Below are positions 1 to 9,026 of a stretch of 37,026 bases of DNA, piece by piece. Position 1 is the first letter of the stretch. Each line of letters starts with the position of its first letter. This DNA comes from an uncultured Treponemataceae bacterium (GTDB taxonomy: Bacteria; Spirochaetota; Spirochaetia; Treponematales; Treponemataceae). Below the pieces are notes generated by a model. The model was not told where the DNA came from. It did no database searches and worked only from the letters and a program-made list of their open reading frames with translations. The translations under genes were made by a program, and so were the position numbers. The stretch spans positions 1 to 37,026 of the forward strand of contig CAYYCW010000001.1 of the NCBI GenBank assembly GCA_964470435.1, in the 5' to 3' direction.

Positions 1-637
1 GGAAGCGTTTATGCATTTCATCGCGGATTGCGGAATTTTCGCGCAACACCTTTAGCGAAAGCATAATAAGGTCTCCAAAGTCGGCATTGCCTGTGTCGCG
101 AAGCCGCTTTGTGTAGCTTTCATACAGCTTAGGAAAGTCGAGGCCAAAGTTTAGCTCCGCGCTATCAAAGCCAAGGCAGTAGTTTTTAGCGCGGTCAATT
201 TTACGCATAACAGCAGCCGCCTGCTGCGCAGAAAGGCGGGGCTCTGCCCGGCGTAAAAGGGCTAATGCATCGTCATCATCGTAGATGCTAAAGTCGCGGG
301 AAAGCCCTGCCGCCTCGTGATAGCGTCGCAAAAACCACGCGCCAAAAGAGTGAAAGGTTTTTATTAAGGCAAGCTCCGCAAAAGGATTCAATGCCGCTGC
401 CCGCTCTTGCATTTCCCGAGCAGCCTTGTTTGTAAAGGTTACAGCTAGAATCTCCTGCGGGGCTATTCCCTTTTGCGCAATAAGCCATGCGATTTTTGTT
501 GTAATCACGCGCGTTTTTCCCGATCCTGCGCCCGCAAGAATAAGGAGCGGCGAGCCCTCGTGAATAACTGCTTGCCTTTGCGCATAGTTTAGTGTTACAA
601 GCGCGGACTGAAAGGCGGTTTCAGCGCTTTGAGTCAT
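1..637 (-). CDS. UvrD/PcrA/Rep-family ATP-dependent DNA helicase, N-terminal ~212 codons (the rest lies beyond the window start)
   Basis: My translation of the minus strand from the ATG at 637-635 gives MTQSAETAFQSALVTLNYAQRQAVIHEGSPLLILAGAGSGKTRVITTKIAWLI...AVTFTNKAAREMQER. It carries Walker A GAGSGKT and helicase motif Ia TFTNKAA. The start overlaps the rimO stop (ATGA). It is absent from the ORF track because no stop falls inside the window. Confidence 0.85.
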   Translation of the reverse strand, partial: MTQSAETAFQSALVTLNYAQRQAVIHEGSPLLILAGAGSGKTRVITTKIAWLIAQKGIAPQEILAVTFTNKAAREMQERAAALNPFAELALIKTFHSFGAWFLRRYHEAAGLSRDFSIYDDDDALALLRRAEPRLSAQQAAAVMRKIDRAKNYCLGFDSAELNFGLDFPKLYESYTKRLRDTGNADFGDLIMLSLKVLRENSAIRDEMHKRF

Positions 638-2058
638 GCTCCGCTCTCTACAGCAATCGCGTCAAGGTCGCAGCCTGCAACCGCGCGCGCCTTAACGCGC
701 ACCAATGAGCCGGGCTCTACAGGCTTTCCGTCAATATCGCGCGAGATGTCGTCATACGCAAAAACAACGGAACCGTCAACCTCAGGGGCTTGAAACCACG
801 CGCGGCCTATTGCAAAGGCGCAGCCGGCTTCTTCCTCATTTTCACGCGCGGGGATAAGCTCCTCCACTAAGACAAGCAACTCGGTATCTATAAATTGTCC
901 AAGCTCTTCTGACGTGATAGCTTCTTGCGCCGCAAGGAGCGCGTCCTTGCGTGACAAGGCTTTCTTTTTGGGAACAGAAGGCTTCATGTCAAAGGCGGCA
1001 GTGCCCTCCTCCTTAGAGTATGCAAAGGCTCCCGCCCACAAAAAGCGCGCTTCTTCTAAAAACGAAAGCGTGTTTGCAAACGCATCGTCCGTCTCACCTG
1101 GAAAGCCTGCTATAAATGTTGAGCGAATTGCCGCAAAGCCGTAAGGGGATTTTTCGCGGAATGTCGCGCGGATTTCCTCAATAAGAGAAAGATAGCTACT
1201 AGGCACTCCGAGTCTGCTCATTTTATGCAAAATTCTTGCATCTCCACTTTGGAATGGCAAGTCAAAGTAGGGCAAAAACCGCGCATCAGACGCCATAATT
1301 GGGAGAATGTCGCGAGGAAAGTGGTCGGGGTGGAGGTACAAAAGCCTTATCCTAAAGTCCCCGCTTAAAGCGGAAATCTTTTTTAGTAAGATTGAAAGCG
1401 GGGACTTGCCGCAGCTTACTGGATGGCCCGCCCTGTCTGTGCCGTAAACAGCTAAGTCCTGGCCTATAAGGTTTATTTCAAAAATGCCTGAATCAACAAG
1501 CGCCGCGATTTCTTCGATTATATCCTCGTCTGTCCTGCTGCGCAGAGGTCCGCGTATAGAAGGAATGGCGCAAAACGAGCATGAATGGGAGCAACCCTCG
1601 CTTATCTTTACATAGGCAGAGCGCGGAAAAGAAAAAAGATGCGGCCTTTCTCCAAAACACAACTCGCTTTGATCAGGCACAAGGACAGCCGGCTCAGCTA
1701 GAGGCATCGCAGATTTAGGAAAAAGATCCTCTATTATTTCAGGCAGGCGGCTAAGGTTACCGTTTCCAAAAAAAGCATGAGCTTCAGGCAAAGATTCCGC
1801 TAATTCTGTACCGTAGCGCTGAGAAAGGCAGCCTGCAAGAAGAATCTTTGCATTGGGGCAAGTTTTCCGCGCGGAAAGCACAGCATCTATTGACTCCGAC
1901 TTAGCGTCTTCTATAAAGCCGCAGGAGTTGATAATAATAAGGTCAGCGTCTCCTGCAAAGTCTGTAGCACTCCATCCAAGCCGCGTTAGCATTCCATAGA
2001 TAAGCTCTGCATCCACCTGGTTTTTTGCGCAGCCATGCAAGTCGAGAAAAAAGCGCAT
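634..2058 (-). CDS. rimO: Radical-SAM methylthiotransferase, RimO-like (ribosomal protein S12 methylthiotransferase; MiaB/RimO family)
   Basis: The N-terminal MTTase motif LHGCAKNQVDAE, the radical-SAM cluster CSHSCSFCAIP, and a C-terminal TRAM-like segment are present. Length is 474 aa. Confidence 0.8.
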   Translation of the reverse strand: MRFFLDLHGCAKNQVDAELIYGMLTRLGWSATDFAGDADLIIINSCGFIEDAKSESIDAVLSARKTCPNAKILLAGCLSQRYGTELAESLPEAHAFFGNGNLSRLPEIIEDLFPKSAMPLAEPAVLVPDQSELCFGERPHLFSFPRSAYVKISEGCSHSCSFCAIPSIRGPLRSRTDEDIIEEIAALVDSGIFEINLIGQDLAVYGTDRAGHPVSCGKSPLSILLKKISALSGDFRIRLLYLHPDHFPRDILPIMASDARFLPYFDLPFQSGDARILHKMSRLGVPSSYLSLIEEIRATFREKSPYGFAAIRSTFIAGFPGETDDAFANTLSFLEEARFLWAGAFAYSKEEGTAAFDMKPSVPKKKALSRKDALLAAQEAITSEELGQFIDTELLVLVEELIPARENEEEAGCAFAIGRAWFQAPEVDGSVVFAYDDISRDIDGKPVEPGSLVRVKARAVAGCDLDAIAVESGA

Positions 2059-3204
2059 TCACTCAACGTCCATTGCCACAAAATTATAGCGTCCCGTAGA
2101 GCTGTCCCTTGTCCAGCGCAAGTCTTTTACTATAACCTCGCCAGGCCTGCTAAGCGGCAACTCGGCAGTTCTTCCTCCTGCAATAATTTGAATTCGCACA
2201 GCGTTTCCGTTAGAAGCCCACACGCGAAGGCCATCTCGCGCTTGCACGGTAAGAACTTCAGAGCGCTGGTACATACGCTCCTCGCGGTTGCGGCGGTCAA
2301 TTTCATGGCGAAACAAGCAAGTGCCGCGAAATGTGGCATTCATCGTTACAGGATATGCTGAATAGCTTTCAAAAAGCACAGTAGACCCCGAAGAAGAGCT
2401 TACCCCAACTGTGGGCATAGAAAGCATTTCTAACTCTCCTTCCGCATCTATAAGCTCCTCATCAAATGGCCCAAGCTCAACAGTAATTTCAGCGCCTGCG
2501 CTAGGATTGCTTATATCCAAATCAGAAACAAAAACCCTTATGTCAACATCAAATTCCTCTGATATATTGAAAGAAATCGATTGTCCTAGCTCAACAACGC
2601 GAATAGCGCCTCCCGTTTCAAGCATTAAATCAGGGGCTGTTTCTTGCACATTTATAGCAAAGACTTCACCTTCTACAGGCACTGAAATGCTGTCCCCTAC
2701 AAAGACGCGGCCGCGAAATTCGCGCCCGCTCATTTCGTAGACGGCGGGCTCCCTAACGTAAGCTGCCCTTGAAGGTGAAGGATGTGGCTCAACCTGGAGG
2801 TTTGCAATTCTCCCTGCCAAATACTTAAAGAGCATATAGCCGCCAAATCCCAAGCCTGCCAAAAGGGCAAGCACAACAAGCGCTATTGCTATTTTTCCCA
2901 CTATGCTGCCTAAAACCCTGTTGCCTAAGGACCTTTCAGGGATAAGCTCAGAAATAGGAATATTTATTTCTTGTATTTTTTGATTTTTGTATATGCTGAT
3001 AAGCCCATCCGCGTCCAGCTCAAGATACTCGCAATAGTTTCTCAAAAAGCCAATTACGTATGACTCAGCTGGAAAGCTGTCAAATCTTTCATTTTCTAAA
3101 TCTTCAATATATCTGCGGGCAATATTGGTTTCCCGCGCGGCCTGATCAATGTCAATGCCCCTGGATCTGCGCTCGTCCTTAAGTTTCTTTCCAATGCTTT
3201 CCAA
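2059..3204 (-). CDS. RodZ-like helix-turn-helix membrane protein (XRE-type HTH, one TM segment, DUF4115-like C-terminus)
   Basis: The N-terminus KLKDERRSRGIDIDQAARETNIARRYIEDLENERFD is an XRE/RodZ HTH. A TM segment IALVVLALLAGLGFGGYMLF follows. The stop abuts the rimO start, so the two look like one operon. Confidence 0.7.
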   Translation of the reverse strand: MESIGKKLKDERRSRGIDIDQAARETNIARRYIEDLENERFDSFPAESYVIGFLRNYCEYLELDADGLISIYKNQKIQEINIPISELIPERSLGNRVLGSIVGKIAIALVVLALLAGLGFGGYMLFKYLAGRIANLQVEPHPSPSRAAYVREPAVYEMSGREFRGRVFVGDSISVPVEGEVFAINVQETAPDLMLETGGAIRVVELGQSISFNISEEFDVDIRVFVSDLDISNPSAGAEITVELGPFDEELIDAEGELEMLSMPTVGVSSSSGSTVLFESYSAYPVTMNATFRGTCLFRHEIDRRNREERMYQRSEVLTVQARDGLRVWASNGNAVRIQIIAGGRTAELPLSRPGEVIVKDLRWTRDSSTGRYNFVAMDVE

Positions 3205-3223
3205 AATTTTTTCCTAACACAAA

Positions 3224-3922
3224 CTACTCATTAAATAAAAAATTGTCATATGCATTTGCAGAAGCAGGCGCGTCATAGACAAACCTGTTGGCGGGGATAC
3301 CCTGATTAAGCGAATAATTTGAAAACGAAAATACAATTCTTGTCCCCGTAATTGTATTTGCTTCAACGCGGCGGATAAGCTTGGAGTCGTAGTCAACAAG
3401 CAGCCTTATTGTGCGAAACATTTCCGTGGTGGAGCGCCTGGAAAGGGAAAGCGCCACAACTCTAATGCTAGAGCCTTCATCAAGCGGCACAGGATCAGGT
3501 CCCGTTTCGTAGGCGATTGAGTAATAGCGGCGCATAAGCGAAAGACCTTCAGGCGTTGCAAGGGAGGCGCCGCCTGCCCCTGATTCGCCTGTAGACTGTG
3601 TAAGGATTGCATTGTACGGGGCAGGCAGATAGACTGTAAGCATATTCCCGTCAAAAAGGATTGTTTGCTCCGCTGGCGAGGAAAAGTCAATCCGCAAGCG
3701 GTTGGGAGACTTATAGGAAAGGCGCCCGCTCATTCTCTCTGAGCCAGATTGTCCAGAATACGAAATTGAAATGTCAGCGACATAGTCGTTAAGCCTGGAA
3801 TAAACGTCAGAAACCGAAGAAAAAAACTCGTTTACCGTGGTTATTGTAGCCTGAGCGCAAAGCGCGAAAGGAAAGGAAATAAAACACAAAAGCGCGCAGG
3901 AAAAAAAGAAAAGCCTTTTCAT
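3224..3922 (-). CDS. Secreted LolA-like / outer-membrane lipoprotein-sorting family protein
   Basis: The signal peptide is MKRLFFFSCALLCFISFPFALCAQA. The mature part (LSYKSPNRLRIDF, MLTVYLP) resembles the LolA/LppX fold family. The track start at 3940 is a TTG; I prefer the ATG at 3922. Confidence 0.5.
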   Translation of the reverse strand: MKRLFFFSCALLCFISFPFALCAQATITTVNEFFSSVSDVYSRLNDYVADISISYSGQSGSERMSGRLSYKSPNRLRIDFSSPAEQTILFDGNMLTVYLPAPYNAILTQSTGESGAGGASLATPEGLSLMRRYYSIAYETGPDPVPLDEGSSIRVVALSLSRRSTTEMFRTIRLLVDYDSKLIRRVEANTITGTRIVFSFSNYSLNQGIPANRFVYDAPASANAYDNFLFNE

Positions 3923-3974
3923 ACAGTTTAAGTAAAGCAAAAAAGTATAATTTATTCAATAGGACTGTTTTAGC

Positions 3975-4089
3975 TTGGAGCTCTGAATCCGCCGGGGAGC
4001 GCAGCCATTTGCCGCCGAGCGCAAGGCTCCCTTTCCTAATAAATGTGGATCAGCTCCAATGCCTACATTGAAGGGCTTTCCTTTTTTTT
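3975..4089 (+). promoter_or_regulatory. Candidate structured 5' leader / attenuator upstream of metA
   Basis: Outer stem TTGGAGCT (3975-3982) pairs with AGCTCCAA (4052-4059). It is extended by ATCC (3987-3990) with GGAT (4047-4050). Inner stem GGGAGC (3995-4000) pairs with GCTCCC (4026-4031). A T8 run follows at 4082-4089. A TATAAT at 3946-3951 could start this transcript. Confidence 0.35.
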
Positions 4090-4138
4090 GTACACTTATG
4101 CAATCCAAGCGCTTTAACGCGCCATAAAGGACTAATCT

Positions 4139-5056
4139 ATGCCTGTTAAAATACCTTCTGAACTTCCTGCAGTAAAAATACTTAATAGCGAAAACATCTT
4201 TGTTATGGATTCCCGCCTTGCTTTAGTTCAAGATATTCGCCCGCTTAAGATTGCCATTGTAAATCTTATGCCCACAAAAGAGGTGACAGAAACGCAGCTT
4301 TTGCGCCTTTTGGGAAACACGCCCATTCAGGTTGAAATTACCTTTTTAACTATGGAAAGCCACGAGTCAATGCACACAGCTCCTGAGCACCTTAGGGCGT
4401 TTTACCGCACATTTGAAAGCGTAAAAAATGAAAGGTTTGACGGCCTCATTATAACGGGGGCTCCAATAGAACACCTCGATTTTGAAGCAGTTGACTATTG
4501 GGATGAGCTAAAGGTTATTATGGAGTGGAGTTGCACTAACGTTTTTGGAAGCTTTTTTATTTGCTGGGCTGCGCAGGCGGCGCTATATCATTTCTATGGA
4601 ATAAAAAAGTATCCTCTTAAAAAGAAGGTTTTCGGCGTTTTTGAGCATAAGGTGCTAAACCATAAGCACAAGCTTATGCTGGGCTTTGATGATGTTTTTA
4701 ACGCGCCGCATAGCAGGCACACAACAGTTCACAGGGAAGATATTCTGCGTTGTCCTGACCTTGAAATTTTAGCGGAGTCTGATGAGGCAGGCGTTTTCCT
4801 TGTTTCAGGAAACGAAGGAAGGCGCATTTTTGCAACAGGGCATGCCGAATACGACGTGGACACGCTTGCGCGGGAGTATCGCCGCGATATTGATCGCGGG
4901 CTTGAAATAGATATCCCGCGCCACTACTTTCCAAGCGATGACCCTTCAAAAGAGCCTTCTGTAAGCTGGAGAGGACACGCGAATTTGCTTTTTGTAAACT
5001 GGCTAAATTATTTTGTATATCAAAAAATGTCCTTTGACGCAAATACGCCAAGTTGA
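4139..5056 (+). CDS. metA: Homoserine O-acyltransferase (MetA family; succinyl or acetyl specificity not decidable)
   Basis: The 305-aa sequence [23 protein letters not shown]...IAIVNLMP...[14 protein letters not shown] shows typical MetA N-terminus, length and catalytic Cys context. An AAGGA RBS lies 8 nt upstream. Confidence 0.9.
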   Translation: MPVKIPSELPAVKILNSENIFVMDSRLALVQDIRPLKIAIVNLMPTKEVTETQLLRLLGNTPIQVEITFLTMESHESMHTAPEHLRAFYRTFESVKNERFDGLIITGAPIEHLDFEAVDYWDELKVIMEWSCTNVFGSFFICWAAQAALYHFYGIKKYPLKKKVFGVFEHKVLNHKHKLMLGFDDVFNAPHSRHTTVHREDILRCPDLEILAESDEAGVFLVSGNEGRRIFATGHAEYDVDTLAREYRRDIDRGLEIDIPRHYFPSDDPSKEPSVSWRGHANLLFVNWLNYFVYQKMSFDANTPS

Positions 5057-5856
5057 AAAAAGACTCGCCCTTTTCGCTAATATACAAGGATTCATCGATT
5101 GCGGTGCTTTCCAAAAAGTCAGGGCTTTTAGTTGCTTCAGACCGATGGGATGAAAATGCTCCGCGCCTTGACCTTGCCGCCGCTTCAATTTGTGAGCAGG
5201 GCGAAAGGCTTTTTGCTGTCCACAGGATTGACAAGGAAACCTCTGGCCTTGTTGTTTACGCCCTTAACAGCAACGCGCATAAAGAGCTATCCGCGCAGTT
5301 TGAAAGCCGGCGGGTAAAAAAGACCTATCACGCTCTTGTGCTAGGAAACCCCGAATGGACGAGCATTTCTGTTTCTGAAGCGCTTAGGGCGGACGGCGAC
5401 AGGGAGCACAGAAGCGTTCCAGACAGGCGGCGCGGCAAAAAGGCTTTAACGCATTTTTCTTGCCTTTGCAGCTGCGGCTCTTATAGCTGGATTGAAGCGC
5501 GTCCCGTTACAGGAAGAACGCATCAAATACGAGCGCATCTTCGCTTGCTTAGGCTTTCCATTGTTTGCGACAGCCTTTACGGGCGAGCTAAGCCCCTTTA
5601 TCTTTCAGAGATTAAAAGAGGATGGCGCGGGGACAAGATTGAAGAAAAGCCCCTTATAAGCCGCCTTGCGCTTCACGCTTTTAAGATTTCTTTTGCCCAC
5701 CCCGAAAACGGGCATGAGGTTGAGTTCGTAGCACCCTACCCGCGTGACTTGAATGCCGCCCGTTTTCAGCTTGCAAAGCGCTATGGTCTTGACCCGCTGA
5801 ATCCTGTAAGCATTGCCCCTGCCAGCCCGTGGCTTTCTTTTTCTGAACCAAATTGA
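5053..5856 (+). CDS. RluA-family pseudouridine synthase
   Basis: The catalytic motif [14 protein letters not shown] and the [10 protein letters not shown] motif are present. The TTG start overlaps the metA stop (TTGA). Confidence 0.85.
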   Translation: MKKDSPFSLIYKDSSIAVLSKKSGLLVASDRWDENAPRLDLAAASICEQGERLFAVHRIDKETSGLVVYALNSNAHKELSAQFESRRVKKTYHALVLGNPEWTSISVSEALRADGDREHRSVPDRRRGKKALTHFSCLCSCGSYSWIEARPVTGRTHQIRAHLRLLRLSIVCDSLYGRAKPLYLSEIKRGWRGDKIEEKPLISRLALHAFKISFAHPENGHEVEFVAPYPRDLNAARFQLAKRYGLDPLNPVSIAPASPWLSFSEPN

Positions 5857-7195
5857 TAATAATAGCCCCTGTTACTGGGTCTTTTTTTGCGCTAGGCGGC
5901 GGCATCTCCTTTAAGCGCAACTCAAGCAAATCTCCTGCATTAAGCTCTTCGCTTTTGTTGGTCTTCCCGTTGCCGCATTGCTCATCCACAACAAGGAGCA
6001 TTCCAAGATCCGAGCAGCAATAGCGCCCGCTTTTTTTATCTGCTAGTTTTATTTTTTCTGACAATACGCGGGCGCGAACAATGCAGCATTTAGCGCTTTC
6101 AAGGCAATCGCTTTCTTGCGTAAAAATGCTTTTGGCGCTTACGCTTGAATTACGCAAAAGGTAAATAAAGGAAAGGGCAGCCCGCTCCTTTGGAAGATGC
6201 GCGGCATTAGAAAGGCTAATAAGAGCTTTAGGCGCTTCTTTCGTGCTAAAGGCAAAGTGGCACCATTTTTCGCGCTTGCTTCCGGGAAAGGGACATAGGC
6301 TAGAATGCGGGCAGGGCGAAATGGGCAAAAACCCTTCTAAAAGCGCTGCTTTTCTCAACTGTGATATAAAAAAGCCGCCCGCGGGGTTTCCAGGCTCCAC
6401 TACGAGCAGCTCGCAGTTTGGCGCGGCAAAGCTAGAAAGGGCTTTAAGGGCGTGTTTTGCGCTAAAAGGCTTTGCGGCAATGCGCCCCTTACTTTCTGAT
6501 GTGCCTATAATTTCGTTAAATACATTGGCGGCAACTACAAGAGCTGCCTTCTCCTTTATTTGGATGCCTAAGCCCCCCTTTACGCGAATAATTTTCCAAG
6601 GCTCAAGGCCTGTTATGGCTGCAAGGCTTAAATATATCTTTTCGCCAGCGGCTAGGGCTTCCCTAGAAATATCAATACAATACCAGCGTATTTTCCTTTT
6701 GCGCAAATGCGGGCAGGCAATCCAAAGGGCGCACACAGCAGTTAAGGGCCCTGAGCCAAAGTCAACAGCGGCAAAGCTTTCAGGCAAATTGCGCGCAAGG
6801 CTCAAGGGCGCAAAAAGGCGCGAAAGGCGGATAAGGTTCCACCACAAAAAGTAATAAGAATACGCCGAAAGATACAAGGGATTATTCATGTATGCGGAAG
6901 GCCTTTCGCTCCTTGTGTCGGTTAAAAGGTGCGAAAGTTTCCGTATCCGCTCATGAAGGCTTCCCTGCCGCTGGCCTTTAAGCGGAAAGGCTTTGCGCAA
7001 AACAGCGCTAAAGCCTTCTATAAGAGAGGAACTTTCCGCAGATAAAGGCGAAAAAACGCTTTCAATTTTAGCTGAACTTTCAGGACAAACGCATGAGCTT
7101 TCTAAAGCGCACGATGATTTAGGCTTTTTGGGAATTTTGGCCTTTATTTGCCTCATTCTTTTTTGGCTCTTCTTCAGGCTCAACAGTTTCCGCAT
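5681..7195 (-). CDS. Rsm22-like class I SAM-dependent methyltransferase. The start is uncertain (7156, 7195 or 7210). The 3' tail overlaps the convergent RluA gene.
   Basis: It has the SAM motif AVDFGSGPLT and the Cys/His cluster SPCPHSSLCPFPGSKREKWCHFAF typical of Rsm22/COG5459 proteins. The last ~58 codons are low-complexity and antisense to rluA. Confidence 0.6.
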   Translation of the reverse strand: MRKLLSLKKSQKRMRQIKAKIPKKPKSSCALESSCVCPESSAKIESVFSPLSAESSSLIEGFSAVLRKAFPLKGQRQGSLHERIRKLSHLLTDTRSERPSAYMNNPLYLSAYSYYFLWWNLIRLSRLFAPLSLARNLPESFAAVDFGSGPLTAVCALWIACPHLRKRKIRWYCIDISREALAAGEKIYLSLAAITGLEPWKIIRVKGGLGIQIKEKAALVVAANVFNEIIGTSESKGRIAAKPFSAKHALKALSSFAAPNCELLVVEPGNPAGGFFISQLRKAALLEGFLPISPCPHSSLCPFPGSKREKWCHFAFSTKEAPKALISLSNAAHLPKERAALSFIYLLRNSSVSAKSIFTQESDCLESAKCCIVRARVLSEKIKLADKKSGRYCCSDLGMLLVVDEQCGNGKTNKSEELNAGDLLELRLKEMPPPSAKKDPVTGAIIINLVQKKKATGWQGQCLQDSAGQDHSALQAENGRHSSHAGRVLRTQPHARFRGGQKKS

Positions 7196-7553
7196 CCTTT
7201 TTTTGCTCACAGCTCTTAGCTACAATGCTGTAAATGCCTATAAGCTCCCGCCGTAGCTCTTGTATTATAATCTCTCCCCTGGCGGCTGCAGACTTGTCTG
7301 AAAGCTCGCGCAAAAGTTGCTCGCCTGCACCAAGGGCTGTAAAGTGCTTTTCGTAAATAAGATACTTTAACCGATAAAGGATAGAAACATCCCTTGCCGA
7401 ATAAAAGCGCCTTCCAAGAGAATCCTTTTGCGGGCGTATAAGCGGAATTTGATCTTCCCAATAACGCACAATATGAGCCTTTACTCCAATCATGCGCTCA
7501 ACTTGCCCAATGGAAAAACCTGAAAAGCCGTAAGAGTTTCCGCCCCTGTTCAT
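7119..7553 (-). CDS. MerR-family transcriptional regulator (small, with a Lys/Glu-rich tail)
   Basis: FSIGQVERMIGVKAHIVRYWEDQIPLIRPQKDSLGRRFYSARDVSILYRLKYL matches the MerR winged HTH. Its start overlaps the der stop by 4 nt. Confidence 0.75.
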   Translation of the reverse strand: MNRGGNSYGFSGFSIGQVERMIGVKAHIVRYWEDQIPLIRPQKDSLGRRFYSARDVSILYRLKYLIYEKHFTALGAGEQLLRELSDKSAAARGEIIIQELRRELIGIYSIVAKSCEQKKDAETVEPEEEPKKNEANKGQNSQKA

Positions 7554-8926
7554 CTTGCGCCCTCCCGCCTCCTTTTGCTTTCTTTAAGCTCAAGCAAAAG
7601 AGGAATTTTAGAAAACCCAAAGTCCCTGCGTATGCAGTTTGAAAGGTATGAAAGGTATTGCTGCGGCAGAGATTCCTGCCTTGAAGCAAAAATAAGAAAC
7701 TTAACAGGATTAGTCCTTACCTGCGTAATGTACTTAATGCGGCACCTCCTTCCCGCTGTAATAGGTGGCGGATGAGCTTCTTGCCAGTCTGCAAGGGCAA
7801 TATTAAGCGCTGAAGTTTCAATGCGTTTTGAAAGCTCGCTGTAAAGATTTAGCGCAGTTTCAAGAAGCTCCTTTACGCCTTCACCTTTAATTGCGGAAAG
7901 GCGAATTATAGGCGCGTATTCCATTTTAGCAAACATTATACGTATTTTGGAAAGCGCGGCCTTAAAGGCTTTTTTTTCTTGTGGCATTTTATCCCACTTA
8001 TTAAGTACAAATATAACGCCCGCGCCCGCCTCGCATGCATGAAAGACAATCTTTTTATCCTGCTCTGTAAAGCCTTCTTCCGCATCAATTAGGTGAAAAA
8101 CAATGTCCGCGCCTTTAATTGCCTTTACTGCGCGGTTTACAGAATAATACTCTATGTCTTCGCTCACGCGCCCCTTTTTTCTTATGCCCGCAGTGTCAAG
8201 AATTTCGAAACTCTTTCCCTTAAAGGAAAAGCGACCTTCAACAACATCGCGCGTAGTGCCAGCAATGTTAGAAACAATAGACATTTCTTGTCCCGAAAGA
8301 AGGTTTGCCAATGTGGATTTTCCTGTGTTTGGCTTTCCCGCAATGGCTATCTTTATAGGTCTAGCTTGCCGCGTTTCCCTTATTGTTACAGAGGAAAAGT
8401 CAAGGGAAGAGGCAATTGCTAAAGAAAGATCCCCAATATTGTCTCCGTGTTCAGCGCTTATAAAAAAAAGCTCCCTAAAGCCTAGCGAAAGCGCGTTCCA
8501 AGATTCCGGCACAAGCCTTTCGCCTTCTGTCTTGTTTACAGCAGCTATCACCTTATCCCAATAAGGCCTAAGAAGCGCTATAAACTCCTCATCCTCAGCT
8601 GTAATATTTCCAGCTTCCAAAAGAAGCACAATGCAAGAAGCGCCTTTGATAGCCTCTTTTGTCTTATTGGCTACAAGGGCGTCTATTGGCGCGTCATCTT
8701 GGCCACCGCTAAGCTTAAAGCCGCCCGTGTCCATAAGGCGCAAGGGCTTGCCGCAAAGAAAGGCCTGTTCTTCTATTAAATCTCTAGTAACGCCTGGCGT
8801 AGGATCAGTAATTGTCCTTCGGCTGTGAAGAAGCCTGTTAAAAAGTGTGGACTTTCCCACATTTGGGCGGCCTGCAATTACAACAAGCGGAAGATTTAAG
8901 TATTCGCCTTCTTCAAAAAAACTCAT
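7550..8926 (-). CDS. der: Ribosome-biogenesis GTPase Der (EngA), with two tandem G domains and a KH-like C-terminus
   Basis: It has two P-loops, GRPNVGKSTLFNRL and GKPNTGKSTLANLL, each followed by DTGG/DTAG and NKxD motifs. Confidence 0.95.
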   Translation of the reverse strand: MSFFEEGEYLNLPLVVIAGRPNVGKSTLFNRLLHSRRTITDPTPGVTRDLIEEQAFLCGKPLRLMDTGGFKLSGGQDDAPIDALVANKTKEAIKGASCIVLLLEAGNITAEDEEFIALLRPYWDKVIAAVNKTEGERLVPESWNALSLGFRELFFISAEHGDNIGDLSLAIASSLDFSSVTIRETRQARPIKIAIAGKPNTGKSTLANLLSGQEMSIVSNIAGTTRDVVEGRFSFKGKSFEILDTAGIRKKGRVSEDIEYYSVNRAVKAIKGADIVFHLIDAEEGFTEQDKKIVFHACEAGAGVIFVLNKWDKMPQEKKAFKAALSKIRIMFAKMEYAPIIRLSAIKGEGVKELLETALNLYSELSKRIETSALNIALADWQEAHPPPITAGRRCRIKYITQVRTNPVKFLIFASRQESLPQQYLSYLSNCIRRDFGFSKIPLLLELKESKRRREGAR

Positions 8927-8990
8927 TTTACAAAAAATACTACTCGCCCTTATGGGGCACCTAAATAAAGTATAAGGAAAAATAACAGCC

Positions 8991-9020
8991 TTGCATACCT
9001 TACCAATTTTTGCGTATCAT
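8991..9020 (+). promoter_or_regulatory. Putative sigma70-type promoter placed so that the GerMN mRNA would be leaderless
   Basis: TTGCAT (8991-8996), an 18-nt spacer, TATCAT (9015-9020), then the ATG at 9027, only 6 nt after the -10. There is no Shine-Dalgarno sequence. Confidence 0.35.
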
Positions 9021-9026
9021 TGCAAA

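Noticed and set aside
288-488. A 66-aa minus-strand ORF in the ORF track.
   Set aside because: It is out of frame within the real partial helicase CDS (1-637), which the track misses because it has no stop in the window.
3975-4059. A match of the metA leader to known SAM-I, SAM-II or SAH riboswitches. GGGGAGCGCAGC superficially resembles the GAGGAGCGCUGC start of SAH elements.
   Set aside because: The two GAGCGC segments are direct repeats, not complementary. The conserved cores of SAM-I (GGAGGGA, GCAACC) and SAM-II are absent. No known class can be assigned by eye.
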